The notes beneath the pieces were generated by a model, which worked only from the letters and a program-made list of their open reading frames with translations, had not been told where the DNA came from and ran no database searches. This document shows, one piece after another, positions 8,698 through 17,995 of a DNA stretch of 64,000 nucleotides. The stretch is from a virus. Each line of letters begins with the position of its first letter. The first letter of the stretch is position 1. The stretch spans positions 64,001-128,000 of the IMG/VR virus record IMGVR_UViG_3300047170_000049; one strand, written 5' to 3'. The translations under genes and the position numbers were made by a program.

Positions 8698-9602
8698 AAA
8701 TTAGTCATGTAGACTTTTTTGCCCCACATTGCCTTTAGAACGTCCATGATGCTTTCACGCTTGGCTTCCAATTCTTGTGCGCGTAACGCATAGATTTGAT
8801 TACCAGGACCGCTAACGCCTTGGCTAATACCGTCAATACCAATACTTTGAGAGTTGAAACGATAGAGAGGGCCAAGCATGGATAGAACATCTAATGCAGC
8901 GGTGACGCCGATGATGTCATTAATGATTCCAGGGACCGCATTTTCTTCAAACCCGAATGTAGCGCGTATGTAGAAAAATGAGGGAATCCACTGGAGTCTT
9001 GAGAAGACCGCGAATAATGCAGCGGCAGGTCCTGAAGACGCACCAGCTACGATACCCGTGGAATTGAATGTGGTTTGCAAAGGAACTAAGTGGAGTAGAC
9101 CACGGTCAGCATAGGTTAAATCAACCCACTCTAATGGGAATTGATAAAACACCGTACCATCAGTGTCGATGTTACCAGCTTCATTTGAAATATATTGGCC
9201 GTTGATTGTTTGAGCACTATTAACGGCTCGAATAGATACTTCTTCTAGAGAGTACATATTCTTAAAGCCCATATCTAATTGGTTGTAACCTTGAAGATAC
9301 TTTGTGCGGTCGAAATCTTTACGAATGGTACGTTGAACTTGTGTAATATCAACCTTGCATTCAGTTTCAACGCGTGACGTAGCACGGGCTAGTAAATCTT
9401 TTAAAGTGTCATCGTCGAGAACTTGCTTAGTGTAAGGGTGGACCAAGGGGATGCCGAATAGAAATTGCTTTTTAAATTTGTCAACGGAAAGCATAGGCTC
9501 AACACGAGCATAGCCAGCGGTTCCATTCTCACCGTTAAACTTTGAGACTTTTTGTGGAAATCCACCAAATGTATTTTTCTTTGAATTACTATAATCAGCC
9601 AT
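8694..9602 (-). CDS. putative head-tail adaptor / neck protein
   Basis: LFGIPL...ATSRVE...TFGF...SQSIGIDGISQ pattern typical of SPO1/Twort-type adaptor proteins. Confidence 0.6.
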   Translation of the reverse strand: MADYSNSKKNTFGGFPQKVSKFNGENGTAGYARVEPMLSVDKFKKQFLFGIPLVHPYTKQVLDDDTLKDLLARATSRVETECKVDITQVQRTIRKDFDRTKYLQGYNQLDMGFKNMYSLEEVSIRAVNSAQTINGQYISNEAGNIDTDGTVFYQFPLEWVDLTYADRGLLHLVPLQTTFNSTGIVAGASSGPAAALFAVFSRLQWIPSFFYIRATFGFEENAVPGIINDIIGVTAALDVLSMLGPLYRFNSQSIGIDGISQGVSGPGNQIYALRAQELEAKRESIMDVLKAMWGKKVYMTNF

Positions 9603-9744
9603 CTTTTTTCTCTATCTCTTTACGAATTCGCTTCTTAGCTTGCATTCGTTCTTGGTGTTTATATTTTTTGTAAGTCTTACCCTTGACTTTCATATCAGCG
9701 CCGTTGTTTTCAATTAACGTGCGGTGACCACCCATAGGCTTCAT
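9595..9744 (-). CDS. small basic protein (MKPMGGHR...)
   Basis: ATG at 9744 abutting upstream stop; Lys/Arg rich. Confidence 0.45.
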   Translation of the reverse strand: MKPMGGHRTLIENNGADMKVKGKTYKKYKHQERMQAKKRIRKEIEKKDG

Positions 9745-9745
9745 C

Positions 9746-10153
9746 TTAGCACTGGTAAAGTGACTGAGGCTGCATAATGAGTACATTATACCCAACTGCA
9801 ATCTTAGTGTTAGCACCTTCGATAAGGGTAACGTTGATATTAACTCCAGCCATATTTTGGGTATCGGCTTGAGCTAAGTTAAAAGCCCAGATTGATGGGT
9901 CTTGTGAGAAGGGCTGGTACATTGTTTTTGTTACGGTGTTAGCATCGTTAATGGAATTAATTACGGCAGTAGCTGTAGCTCCAGTTGCAGGCATGTAGCG
10001 ATTGCCCCATTTGGAATAATCTTGAACGGTGTTTAAATCGACGAATTGTAAATAGATGGTAGTATTCTCACCAGGGAAGATAGTGAGTTGATTCATATAT
10101 TGAAGGTCGTTAACCGTGGTGCCTGAATCTAAAACGCGAAAGCCTAATCTCAT
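9746..10153 (-). CDS. hypothetical virion protein
   Basis: GAGG RBS; late operon. Confidence 0.6.
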   Translation of the reverse strand: MRLGFRVLDSGTTVNDLQYMNQLTIFPGENTTIYLQFVDLNTVQDYSKWGNRYMPATGATATAVINSINDANTVTKTMYQPFSQDPSIWAFNLAQADTQNMAGVNINVTLIEGANTKIAVGYNVLIMQPQSLYQC

Positions 10154-10162
10154 GTGTGCCTC

Positions 10163-10474
10163 TTAAAGCTTGAAGACCATTTTAATTGCACCAGCAATAA
10201 TACCGCTGAGAATGGTCCATAGAATTTTGTTTTGTAGCTTTGTATCTTTTTGAAGGGCAGATAGTTGTTCTTTTTGGTGTTCTTGATTGTTTTCAAAGAG
10301 TATGACTTTTTCAGCCAACATCTTTTGGGTGCTAATGATTTGCTTTAACAGTTCGTCACGCTCTTCACCCGCTTGTTTGATGTAATCAAGCTCAGTGCGT
10401 AATTTAATTAAATCTGTGCGAACCGATATTTCTTTGTTCAAGTTAGACCTGCCGTTACTGGACATTCTTATCAA
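10163..10474 (-). CDS. coiled-coil protein with C-terminal TM helix (XhlA/holin-like); start may be ATG 10465
   Basis: Coiled coil then ILWTILSGIIAGAIKMVF; late promoter upstream. Confidence 0.5.
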   Translation of the reverse strand: MIRMSSNGRSNLNKEISVRTDLIKLRTELDYIKQAGEERDELLKQIISTQKMLAEKVILFENNQEHQKEQLSALQKDTKLQNKILWTILSGIIAGAIKMVFKL

Positions 10475-10505
10475 TCCTTTGATTTCATTAGCGAATAGAT
10501 ACTAT

Positions 10506-10533
10506 ATTAAGATTTGGAGCTAAGATATTGGAA
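10506..10533 (-). promoter_or_regulatory. putative late promoter
   Basis: TTCCAATATCTTA-GCTCCA-AATCTTAAT. Confidence 0.7.
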
Positions 10534-10574
10534 TGATTGGGGTTTGGCGGGTCGAAACTAATACGGAGATTTTC

Positions 10575-10943
10575 CTAATTGATTTTAAGAACTTCCCAAT
10601 TAGGCTTGGCATCGGTGGTAAAGTAGACATTAGCCACCCCTGCCTGTTTTAGGAGTTCCATACAATGAATGCAGGGTTTGGCCATGGCAGGCAGGCCAGT
10701 CTTGTATTCTCTATAGACATAGGCGTCGGCACCCCTAATCTCCGCATCTTTCGCGGCGATTATTGCAGCAAGCTCCGCATGAACGGTATTAAACGGTACG
10801 GCACTTTTGGGGTGGGTCTTATTGGCTTTATTGAAGCCCACGGATAAGACCTTGTTTTTCTTAACTATTACACAAGCAAGCTGGTGCCTATAGGTAGACT
10901 TAAGGGCAATCTTCCTGCCTAGGGCAAAGAACTTGAATTTCAC
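10575..10943 (-). CDS. cytidine/dCMP deaminase family protein
   Basis: HAE and PCIHC zinc motifs; GTG start at 10943 inferred. Confidence 0.8.
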   Translation of the reverse strand: MKFKFFALGRKIALKSTYRHQLACVIVKKNKVLSVGFNKANKTHPKSAVPFNTVHAELAAIIAAKDAEIRGADAYVYREYKTGLPAMAKPCIHCMELLKQAGVANVYFTTDAKPNWEVLKIN

Positions 10944-10944
10944 C

Positions 10945-11109
10945 TTAAACTCGCTTTGTTTTAACTTCTTTAGGTTCGGCTTCAATTTCTTCAATAGCAA
11001 GCTCATCGCACCATAATTCATAGTCGCGCTGACACACTTCACATGCGTCCTCAAAGGTGAGAAGCTTTTCCTCACACTTGCATTTTTTAGTCTTGCTATC
11101 GTATTTCAT
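10945..11109 (-). CDS. small Cys-rich protein (MKYDSKTKKCKC...CEVC)
   Basis: Manually translated 54 aa ORF filling the gap, with stop/start overlap. Confidence 0.5.
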   Translation of the reverse strand: MKYDSKTKKCKCEEKLLTFEDACEVCQRDYELWCDELAIEEIEAEPKEVKTKRV

Positions 11110-11348
11110 CAAAGCTTACCAATATGCCCACTCACGTTATCCCAAAAGTTAGCCAACTTGGTGTAGTGCTTCTGGTCTTCCTTGCTGAGGGCAGCATCCG
11201 TAGACTTAGTGCGGCTTACTAGGGCTAGATTCTTAACATTGATTAAAGCCTTGTCGCGTGAGCCAACATTTGCGGCATACGCCTTTGCAAACTCAGTCGC
11301 ATTGACTTTATCGTTCTTAGGCTTTCTGTGCTTTTTTGCGCTTTGCAT
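11109..11348 (-). CDS. hypothetical protein
   Basis: GGAG RBS. Confidence 0.6.
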   Translation of the reverse strand: MQSAKKHRKPKNDKVNATEFAKAYAANVGSRDKALINVKNLALVSRTKSTDAALSKEDQKHYTKLANFWDNVSGHIGKL

Positions 11349-11556
11349 TCTTAACTCCCTTAAGTTTTAAAGATGATTGTGTTTGTAATCGGCCTACAGT
11401 GTAATATGTGTAAAATGAAAAGTAAAGAAAAAGTGCATAGGTCAGGAATGGGTCGCGTTTGACTAGAATCAATCCTTCGTAGGAGGCGGCCAGAATCTTA
11501 CCAAGGTAAAATCCAGCAAATAACGCGGTCAAAGTTAAAAGTAATTTCTTAAACAT
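11317..11556 (-). CDS. membrane protein (2 TM helices)
   Basis: AGGAG RBS; two hydrophobic segments. Confidence 0.6.
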   Translation of the reverse strand: MFKKLLLTLTALFAGFYLGKILAASYEGLILVKRDPFLTYALFLYFSFYTYYTVGRLQTQSSLKLKGVKNAKRKKAQKA

Positions 11557-11566
11557 GCTTATCTCC

Positions 11567-11851
11567 TTAAATTTTAATAGTTACAAGGCCAAGTGCTGCA
11601 GGCTGGTCATCAACCGCAATGTCAACTTGGATAGAACCCTTGCGCAGTACGGTAGCTTGCAGGCCAAGTTTATCACGCCACTGTTCAGCGTAATCTTGAC
11701 CGCCTCCACTCCAAATTATCATGTCGCATCCAATATCTTGAAAGCCACGGAATAAGTCAATTACCTTATGATTGGGAATGGTACGCCCTTGGTCATCTTG
11801 CTTAATGAGTGTATCGTCAATATCAAAGGCAACTTTTAAGTGCTTATTCAT
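11567..11851 (-). CDS. minimal cap-less HAD-family phosphatase
   Basis: FDIDDTL motif I, IWSGGG motif II, VDD motif IV. Confidence 0.75.
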   Translation of the reverse strand: MNKHLKVAFDIDDTLIKQDDQGRTIPNHKVIDLFRGFQDIGCDMIIWSGGGQDYAEQWRDKLGLQATVLRKGSIQVDIAVDDQPAALGLVTIKI

Positions 11852-11852
11852 A

Positions 11853-12431
11853 TTAATAACTCACAGTCCATGCTTTGGTTGTTGCATTGTAATTTGCAAA
11901 ACCAGGGTTATAGGTGGCATGACCATCTTGGGTAGTTCCATCCCAAACCATACTACGGTTACCGCTACTATCAGTGGTCAAAGTAAACTTACATTTGGAG
12001 GTATCGGTATCAAAGTAAGTATTATCGGGCATAAGAATATTAGCTGATTGACTTGCGTCACTCAAGTTGCCAACAAAGTAAGCAAATACCCCACCGCCAA
12101 AAAGTCCAAGTAAGGCTTCTTTGTAGGTAGCCGAGTTAGGCCCACACGGGGTGATTGCAATGGTAGGAGTTAAATTTGCTGCGCTACCGTTTGATACCGT
12201 CCCATTACAAATTACGGAGCTTTGTGTAACTTCAGTTGAGTCAAGAACATTATTGCCATTTGCATCTAATCCAGTGGCAATCAAAGTTCCACCGTAGAGA
12301 CATTGAGACCCAGGATTAATGCCCGTTATGTTGATTAAGCTATTTAAGCCGTTAGACCCGTTAGCACCTGTAAAATTACGGTTCGGTCCACAACCTACTA
12401 CCAATAACAAAGCCAAAAATAATCTTTTCAT
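11853..12431 (-). CDS. lipoprotein with GxNG repeats and Cys-containing module
   Basis: Lipobox LVVGC; GANGSNGLNSL...CLYGG...GLDANGNNVLD..EV...ICNG. Confidence 0.65.
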   Translation of the reverse strand: MKRLFLALLLVVGCGPNRNFTGANGSNGLNSLINITGINPGSQCLYGGTLIATGLDANGNNVLDSTEVTQSSVICNGTVSNGSAANLTPTIAITPCGPNSATYKEALLGLFGGGVFAYFVGNLSDASQSANILMPDNTYFDTDTSKCKFTLTTDSSGNRSMVWDGTTQDGHATYNPGFANYNATTKAWTVSY

Positions 12432-12440
12432 TTTATTCTC

Positions 12441-14198
12441 CTATAAGTTGGGTAATACGTTAATTTCATTTCCATCTGCACCAGGAATGGTATAAATTCC
12501 ATTCACAGGCGGTGGCACTTCCAAAACTTCTGGAGGTGTCACAGGTACAACTTGAATCGTGTTGGCCGCTCCTTGCGCTACCTCAATCGCGCCGTTTCTT
12601 ATGGTTAAAGGCACTTGGTTACCGTTAGGGTCGGTGTAGGTTAAAACCCCATCGTAATTAACATAAAGACCGTTATTCAGTGCAAGACCATTACCACCAC
12701 CCACATTAACAATCAAACTGCCATCGTTTGGCTGTGTTTTAATATTTAGAGTCTTTAAAAACTCACGCACCTTAACCTCATCTTCTTTGTCGGCGGCTTG
12801 ATTATTGTGACTTCTAAATTCTACTATATTATTGTTCCTAACGTCAATGCAATATTTCAACTTACCTTCGTTATTCCTTATACCAACTATAACCAATTCG
12901 CCGTTAAGCATTCTTTCACCATAGGAAGCAACACAATTATTAAACTCTTGACCCCAGTCGTATAATTCCCATGTGTCTTTAGGGAAGCTAAGGACTAGGC
13001 CATCTTCAATCTGGTGATTATCAGCGGCAAGCCATTCAGGGTTTAAAGTGAATACTTTCTTTTCTGTCTTAAATTTACGGTACTGTCGTGAAACGTAGTC
13101 ATGGAGTTCGCCAAGTGTCTTAAAATCTTCTGGTAAAACTATATCGTTTTCATGCTCCAAATATTGCCTAGTCGTATCCATCAAGTAGCCTTCTTGATAA
13201 GCCGTAAGCATAATCTTTTTAATCTTAAAAGGGCTAAACTTTGCTAAGAACTTTCTAATTTGTTCAGTCATACCAGGCTCAACTTCCGTAAATCCATTAA
13301 AGCCTTTGAAGTTTTCAGTCAAATCAATCAACGGAGCTTTCTCAACCACTTCATGAATGTAGTCGAGCGGGATTAAATCCTTAAGGAGAAATCCAAAATT
13401 AAAAACTTTTAGGCTGAGACGCTCAACCTGGTATAAAGGTGATGATGCCTGGTAATAATCTGAAACTGTCGAAAAGCCAGTGACTTGTGGCGTTATATTG
13501 TCAATTACCATATTGGGATTAAAAACAGCGTTGCCGCCAACTATGTTCATTGCACTAATGGCTTGGGTGTAATTATCGTTGCTTAGTTCATAAAGGCGAC
13601 TAGCAACTAATTTTGTAAGCTTAGGACCGCTAGACCCAAAAGCCTTCTCAATCGCATCTTTAAAAGATGTGAGCTTACCTAATTCAACAATACCCTTTTT
13701 AACTGTATGAACATCAGAGTTGGTAATATTAATGCAGTCCTTCCAAAGAACCTGTGTTATAGGACTCTCAAGACTATTGAAAACTGTATTGATAGAATCT
13801 TTATAGGGCAAAACAAATTTGTGGTCAGGCAAGAAGTGATTTCTTATATACTCTGCAATTGTTGCCTCAGTTTGGTCTTCAAATTTACCCCTGGTGTCAA
13901 CATAAACCTGACTAGTAGAAGTGAGCGTGTAATTATAAGAACTTGATGCTAATGCAAGTCCAGTTTGACGCTCACGCACCCTCTTTTCAAAAAGACCTGA
14001 CACAAAGCTAGCAGGGTGAACTTCGTATGCTACCCCATTCCATACCCAAAACTGTACAGAGCGGTCAGGGTAACGTTGTAGCTTAACTCGTGAGTTTGTG
14101 AGTGAGTTGGGATAATAAGACAAAATTTCTAAGCAATCTGGTTCTTTAGCCAGTGCGTATGCTTTTAAGTCTGAAGCGTCAACAATTACTTCTTGCAT
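12441..14198 (-). CDS. PcfJ-domain protein
   Basis: LHDYV...PKDTWELYDWGQEFNNCVASY...IVEFRSHNN. Confidence 0.7.
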   Translation of the reverse strand: MQEVIVDASDLKAYALAKEPDCLEILSYYPNSLTNSRVKLQRYPDRSVQFWVWNGVAYEVHPASFVSGLFEKRVRERQTGLALASSSYNYTLTSTSQVYVDTRGKFEDQTEATIAEYIRNHFLPDHKFVLPYKDSINTVFNSLESPITQVLWKDCINITNSDVHTVKKGIVELGKLTSFKDAIEKAFGSSGPKLTKLVASRLYELSNDNYTQAISAMNIVGGNAVFNPNMVIDNITPQVTGFSTVSDYYQASSPLYQVERLSLKVFNFGFLLKDLIPLDYIHEVVEKAPLIDLTENFKGFNGFTEVEPGMTEQIRKFLAKFSPFKIKKIMLTAYQEGYLMDTTRQYLEHENDIVLPEDFKTLGELHDYVSRQYRKFKTEKKVFTLNPEWLAADNHQIEDGLVLSFPKDTWELYDWGQEFNNCVASYGERMLNGELVIVGIRNNEGKLKYCIDVRNNNIVEFRSHNNQAADKEDEVKVREFLKTLNIKTQPNDGSLIVNVGGGNGLALNNGLYVNYDGVLTYTDPNGNQVPLTIRNGAIEVAQGAANTIQVVPVTPPEVLEVPPPVNGIYTIPGADGNEINVLPNL

Positions 14199-14214
14199 CG
14201 TTCATCCTCAAGGG

Positions 14215-14275
14215 GTTTTGCAGGTATCGGGTGCGAACCGACGTTTAAGACCGCCAATCTTGTGTCCCTGCAAAC
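14215..14275 (-). ncRNA. tRNA-like (D-armless) structured element in the leader of the PcfJ gene
   Basis: Outer stem UUUGCAGG/CCUGCAAA; T-arm-like GUCGG-UUCGCAC-CCGAU; AAGA-UUGGCGG-UCUU hairpin. Confidence 0.4.
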
Positions 14276-14281
14276 TTAAAA

Positions 14282-14713
14282 TCAAAGTGAGAGTAGGGTC
14301 AGCTTGCCTGCTTTAACCTTCGCAATTACATCACGGGCTTCTTTCACGGTGTGAACTTCTACTAAGATGGGTCGGCCACTCTTACCTTTGACGGTGAATG
14401 CACCATACATTTTTTCAGAGTCACTCTTACCTGAAGCCTGTTCTTCAAAGGCAGCAATTTGCTTTAGAATGGCTTTCTCTAAAGTGGTGACTTTACCTTT
14501 GACTGGAGATAATGCTTGAACTTTTGCTTCTAAAGTTTTTACTTTTTCCTTAAGGTCTGCAACTTCAATTCCCAATTCAGCATTCAAATCTTGCAAATCT
14601 CCATTGCGTTGAATCTCTTTTTCTAAATCGCGGTTGGCAGTCTTTAATTCAATTTTCAAATCAACAATTTGTTGGCTTTCTGTACTCTTAGGTTTACGGC
14701 TAAATAATCCCAT
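14282..14713 (-). CDS. coiled-coil hypothetical protein
   Basis: GGAG RBS; heptad pattern. Confidence 0.7.
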   Translation of the reverse strand: MGLFSRKPKSTESQQIVDLKIELKTANRDLEKEIQRNGDLQDLNAELGIEVADLKEKVKTLEAKVQALSPVKGKVTTLEKAILKQIAAFEEQASGKSDSEKMYGAFTVKGKSGRPILVEVHTVKEARDVIAKVKAGKLTLLSL

Positions 14714-14722
14714 TTTTATCTC

Positions 14723-14992
14723 CTAGTGAAAAAGTAATCCATATAGTTCTTTTGTTTCAGTATCCCAATTACAACGCTCAAACCAACTTGGTGGAAATGG
14801 TGGTGTTTCACCGTAGTCAGTGTAGACCGACACATATCCACTAAACTTCACACTGCGAATCTGATATAAGCGATTCACAATTAGCCCTTCTTGTGCGTAA
14901 AGGGCACCGGAGGTATTGAACATCCAATCTCCAACAAATATTACCCATTCGCCAATCTTCAACGGGCTCAAATCATTCTTCGGCATACTCAT
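14723..14992 (-). CDS. small SH3/KOW-like protein with C-terminal ELYGLLF motif
   Basis: LKIGEWV start; shared C-terminal motif. Confidence 0.6.
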   Translation of the reverse strand: MSMPKNDLSPLKIGEWVIFVGDWMFNTSGALYAQEGLIVNRLYQIRSVKFSGYVSVYTDYGETPPFPPSWFERCNWDTETKELYGLLFH

Positions 14993-15017
14993 AAATTACT
15001 TTAGTTATTTCTTTAAA

Positions 15018-15260
15018 TCAACTAAATAAAAGGCGTGCCAGTTCGAGTTCTTCCATCTTATTGAGATTAGGCAGCTTTTTCATAGGAGGGATATAATCGC
15101 CAAATTGAATTTTGATGCGCCGTTCGTCTTCTGTAAGGTAGACGCGGTTAACCCAGGCATCTCCTTTATCTAGGTGAAGGCGCGACAAGATAGTTCCTTG
15201 TGTGATTCTTTCACCAGTTTTTAAACTAATGTGTTCACCTAATACGAAGTAGGATTTCAT
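15018..15260 (-). CDS. small protein with C-terminal ELARLLF motif
   Basis: ATGA overlap; shared C-terminal motif. Confidence 0.6.
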   Translation of the reverse strand: MKSYFVLGEHISLKTGERITQGTILSRLHLDKGDAWVNRVYLTEDERRIKIQFGDYIPPMKKLPNLNKMEELELARLLFS

Positions 15261-15979
15261 CGGACGTAATCAATTACCGTAATTGGATTACCAGGGAAGT
15301 AGGTCTCATCGCAAATTGCCGCGTTATAGTAGCTAACTCCGTCCTTATGTACTTGAGTTCCACCAGGAGTATGGATATGGCCAAAGATGTGCAAATCAAG
15401 TTCTTTGAGTTGCTTGATTCTATCCATTAAATCCATGCAGCCTAAGTGCTCATCACGCAAGGTGCCATCAGCGTAACTCGTTTGGTCGAGAATACCGTAA
15501 GGAGGTCCATGAGTAATTAAGATATGAGTGTTATCTGGGATAGCTTTCCAATGTGGTACAATAGGCTCTGCAGGCTTCATTTTGCCGTAGCCACAATTTT
15601 CCATACGACGCAAATGACCGCGAGCACGATTCCAAGCCCAGTTAAAGAAGAAAGGTTGAACGGGTGAACCGTAAAAATTAATACCTTCGATTGTTACAGC
15701 TTGGTCTATAAGAAGATGGGCTCTAGGGCATATGTCCGTAAACCACTTAAGACTATCGGGCATGAATTTTTCAAAAGTCTTTTCGTGATTACCTGGAATA
15801 AGAACTATGTGACGAGCTTGGGTTTGTGCGTTCATCCATGTAGCGAACGCTTCAACTTCGTGCTTGTCACCGTGACCAGACCAATCCCCAGCATGGATTA
15901 AAAAATCACACTCGGGAATTACAATTTTATTATGTCGATTATGTGTGTCGCTAATTGCTACGATTTTAAATTGACTCAT
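15257..15979 (-). CDS. calcineurin-like metallophosphoesterase (MPPED-like)
   Basis: SDTH, HAGD, PGNHE, THGPP, FGHIH. Confidence 0.9.
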   Translation of the reverse strand: MSQFKIVAISDTHNRHNKIVIPECDFLIHAGDWSGHGDKHEVEAFATWMNAQTQARHIVLIPGNHEKTFEKFMPDSLKWFTDICPRAHLLIDQAVTIEGINFYGSPVQPFFFNWAWNRARGHLRRMENCGYGKMKPAEPIVPHWKAIPDNTHILITHGPPYGILDQTSYADGTLRDEHLGCMDLMDRIKQLKELDLHIFGHIHTPGGTQVHKDGVSYYNAAICDETYFPGNPITVIDYVR

Positions 15980-16202
15980 CTTTTCGCTCCAACCAAGTAA
16001 GAAGACCTGCTATAATCATGTTAGGGCCAGTGCTCAAAGCGCCTACGATTAATTCATAAAGAATAAATCCACCAAGCATCTGGTGCCAATTTTGAGGTTG
16101 TGGAGGCTGCATCATCATTACCGCTCCGAGGGGGAATGAGCCTACGATAGTTAAAAAGTAACAAATGCTAAACCATCGGGACCATCGCTTAATATGCTTC
16201 AT
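15966..16202 (-). CDS. membrane protein
   Basis: Two hydrophobic segments; ATGA overlap. Confidence 0.6.
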   Translation of the reverse strand: MKHIKRWSRWFSICYFLTIVGSFPLGAVMMMQPPQPQNWHQMLGGFILYELIVGALSTGPNMIIAGLLTWLERKDESI

Positions 16203-17053
16203 ACTGACACCTTGCCTTTGATTGGTGGGTGATGTTGATAACCGTCTAGGAAAATGTCTGTGATTTTAAAGTCATCAATGTTGGTAATTAATTTATTAAG
16301 CCTGAGCGTTGGGAGTTCTTTTGGAAGACGGGTCATTTGCTCTTTGATTTGGTCAATGTGATTATTGTAAATATGAACGTCGCCAAAGGTGTGTACGAGT
16401 TCGCCCACTTCTAATCCTACAACTTGAGCAATCATGTGGGTGAGTAGTGCGTAAGAGGCGATGTTGAATGGAACACCTAAGAACGTATCGGCACTGCGCT
16501 GATACATCTGACAAGAAAGCTTACCGTTGGCCACATAGAATTGAAAGAATGCGTGACATGATGGTAGGGCTTGGTCTTTAACTTGGTTTGGATTCCAGGC
16601 CGTAACAATCATGCGGCGTGAATCTGGGTTTGTCTTAAGTTGCTCAATAACGTCTTTAATTTGGTCCGTGCCACGGCTACTAGGCCATGCAAAGTTATTT
16701 TTAATGCCATGATAGTCACCATCAAAGTGACGCCATTGGAAGCCATATACGGGGCCTAGGTCACCTTTTTCGTCGGCCCACTCATCCCAAATATGAACGT
16801 TATTATCTACAAGGTATTGGATGTTGGTATCGCCTTTAAGCATCCATAGAAGCTCATGGGCTACGCCGTGAAACCAAACCTTCTTTGTGGTAAGTATTGG
16901 GAATCCTTTAGCTAAATCAAAACGCATTTGATGCCCGAAAAGGCTTATCGTACCAGTTCCAGTACGGTCGTTCTTTTTATTACCTTCGCGTAAAATCTTA
17001 TCACAAAGCTCTAAGTATTGAACATCAACGTGGTTTGCTGGAAAAATCTCCAT
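16199..17053 (-). CDS. thyA: thymidylate synthase
   Basis: [17 protein letters not shown], catalytic [26 protein letters not shown]. Confidence 0.97.
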   Translation of the reverse strand: MEIFPANHVDVQYLELCDKILREGNKKNDRTGTGTISLFGHQMRFDLAKGFPILTTKKVWFHGVAHELLWMLKGDTNIQYLVDNNVHIWDEWADEKGDLGPVYGFQWRHFDGDYHGIKNNFAWPSSRGTDQIKDVIEQLKTNPDSRRMIVTAWNPNQVKDQALPSCHAFFQFYVANGKLSCQMYQRSADTFLGVPFNIASYALLTHMIAQVVGLEVGELVHTFGDVHIYNNHIDQIKEQMTRLPKELPTLRLNKLITNIDDFKITDIFLDGYQHHPPIKGKVSV

Positions 17054-17142
17054 AATCTCTTACCTCTTAAACTTTAATACCACATTATTTCCAAAAGTAT
17101 GGTATATTTTTATTAAGGCACCAGGTTATATCGAAAGCTGAG

Positions 17143-17391
17143 GTGTCTATGATGACTGAAGTAGGGCCTGTACTGAAAAAAGGCGATTTGATTTTTAACA
17201 AACGCTCAGGCGAATTAATGCGCATGGTGGGTAGTGACAAAGACTTATATTGCCATTTTAGAATTGGCTTGGAAAACAACCAGCCTATGTTTGTATTATC
17301 AATATTAGACGTACTTAATGGCATTAACAAAGGGGAGTTATTCCCAGTGGACGAACAAGAAAAAGAACTTTACCAAACTCTGTTCAAATGA
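17143..17391 (+). CDS. small SH3/KOW-like protein with C-terminal ELYQTLF motif
   Basis: LKKGDL start; GAGG RBS (start may be ATG 17149). Confidence 0.6.
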   Translation: MSMMTEVGPVLKKGDLIFNKRSGELMRMVGSDKDLYCHFRIGLENNQPMFVLSILDVLNGINKGELFPVDEQEKELYQTLFK

Positions 17392-17615
17392 TTAAAATTG
17401 GGACATATCTATACCAAAAGAATTCTGGTCGCGGGACTGTCTATGAAGTCATATGGATTAATACGAAAAATAATTCTATTTTTTTAAGAAGCTTAAATGA
17501 TAAAAGTAAGGGTCAACTCATTTTAAGCACGGTCAAAGAGGCGGTGAATGATGGCATGATGGGTGTCGTTAGTCACAAATCGAGAAGACTTGCGCAACTT
17601 CTTTACGGCAAATAA
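17388..17615 (+). CDS. small SH3/KOW-like protein with C-terminal RLAQLLYG motif
   Basis: IKIGTY start; ATGA overlap. Confidence 0.6.
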   Translation: MIKIGTYLYQKNSGRGTVYEVIWINTKNNSIFLRSLNDKSKGQLILSTVKEAVNDGMMGVVSHKSRRLAQLLYGK

Positions 17616-17644
17616 AAACCCCTGATATTTCTACCAGGGGTTTT
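17615..17644. terminator. bidirectional intrinsic terminator
   Basis: AAAACCCCTG-loop-CAGGGGTTTT between convergent genes, ending the capsid operon. Confidence 0.85.
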
Positions 17645-17668
17645 CGGAAACTATCTTAACTACTTAGA

Positions 17669-17983
17669 TTAGAACTGAATGGGTGCTTGTGGAAGGAGAG
17701 GTCGTAATTGAATATACAAATCTCCGACTACGGCTGCAGAAGGTTTAGTTCCTGCAGTTACACACTTTTCAAAGCTTGCATTCCCAGCGGTAGCTGGAAT
17801 GTGAACAAGAAGGTCGTTCACTTGTAAGCTTGAGAAGTCATGAGTGGCACTTACGTTCGTCGCAACAATCATTCCAACAAATTGTGAAGAACTATTAATA
17901 GCGTTTACAACTTCTTGGCCATCTTGTACGCGGTGAGCGATTCCAGTGGCTAATGCTTTCGCGGCTTCTTTTGATAAACTCAT
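17669..17983 (-). CDS. putative capsid decoration protein
   Basis: Directly downstream of the major capsid gene; GGAGG RBS. Confidence 0.5.
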   Translation of the reverse strand: MSLSKEAAKALATGIAHRVQDGQEVVNAINSSSQFVGMIVATNVSATHDFSSLQVNDLLVHIPATAGNASFEKCVTAGTKPSAAVVGDLYIQLRPLLPQAPIQF

Positions 17984-17995
17984 CGTCGCCTCCGA

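Noticed and set aside
10944-11075. N-terminal extension of the deaminase ORF in the supplied track
   Set aside because: Overlaps a better-coupled 54-aa ORF (10945..11109); the deaminase fold begins near GTG 10943
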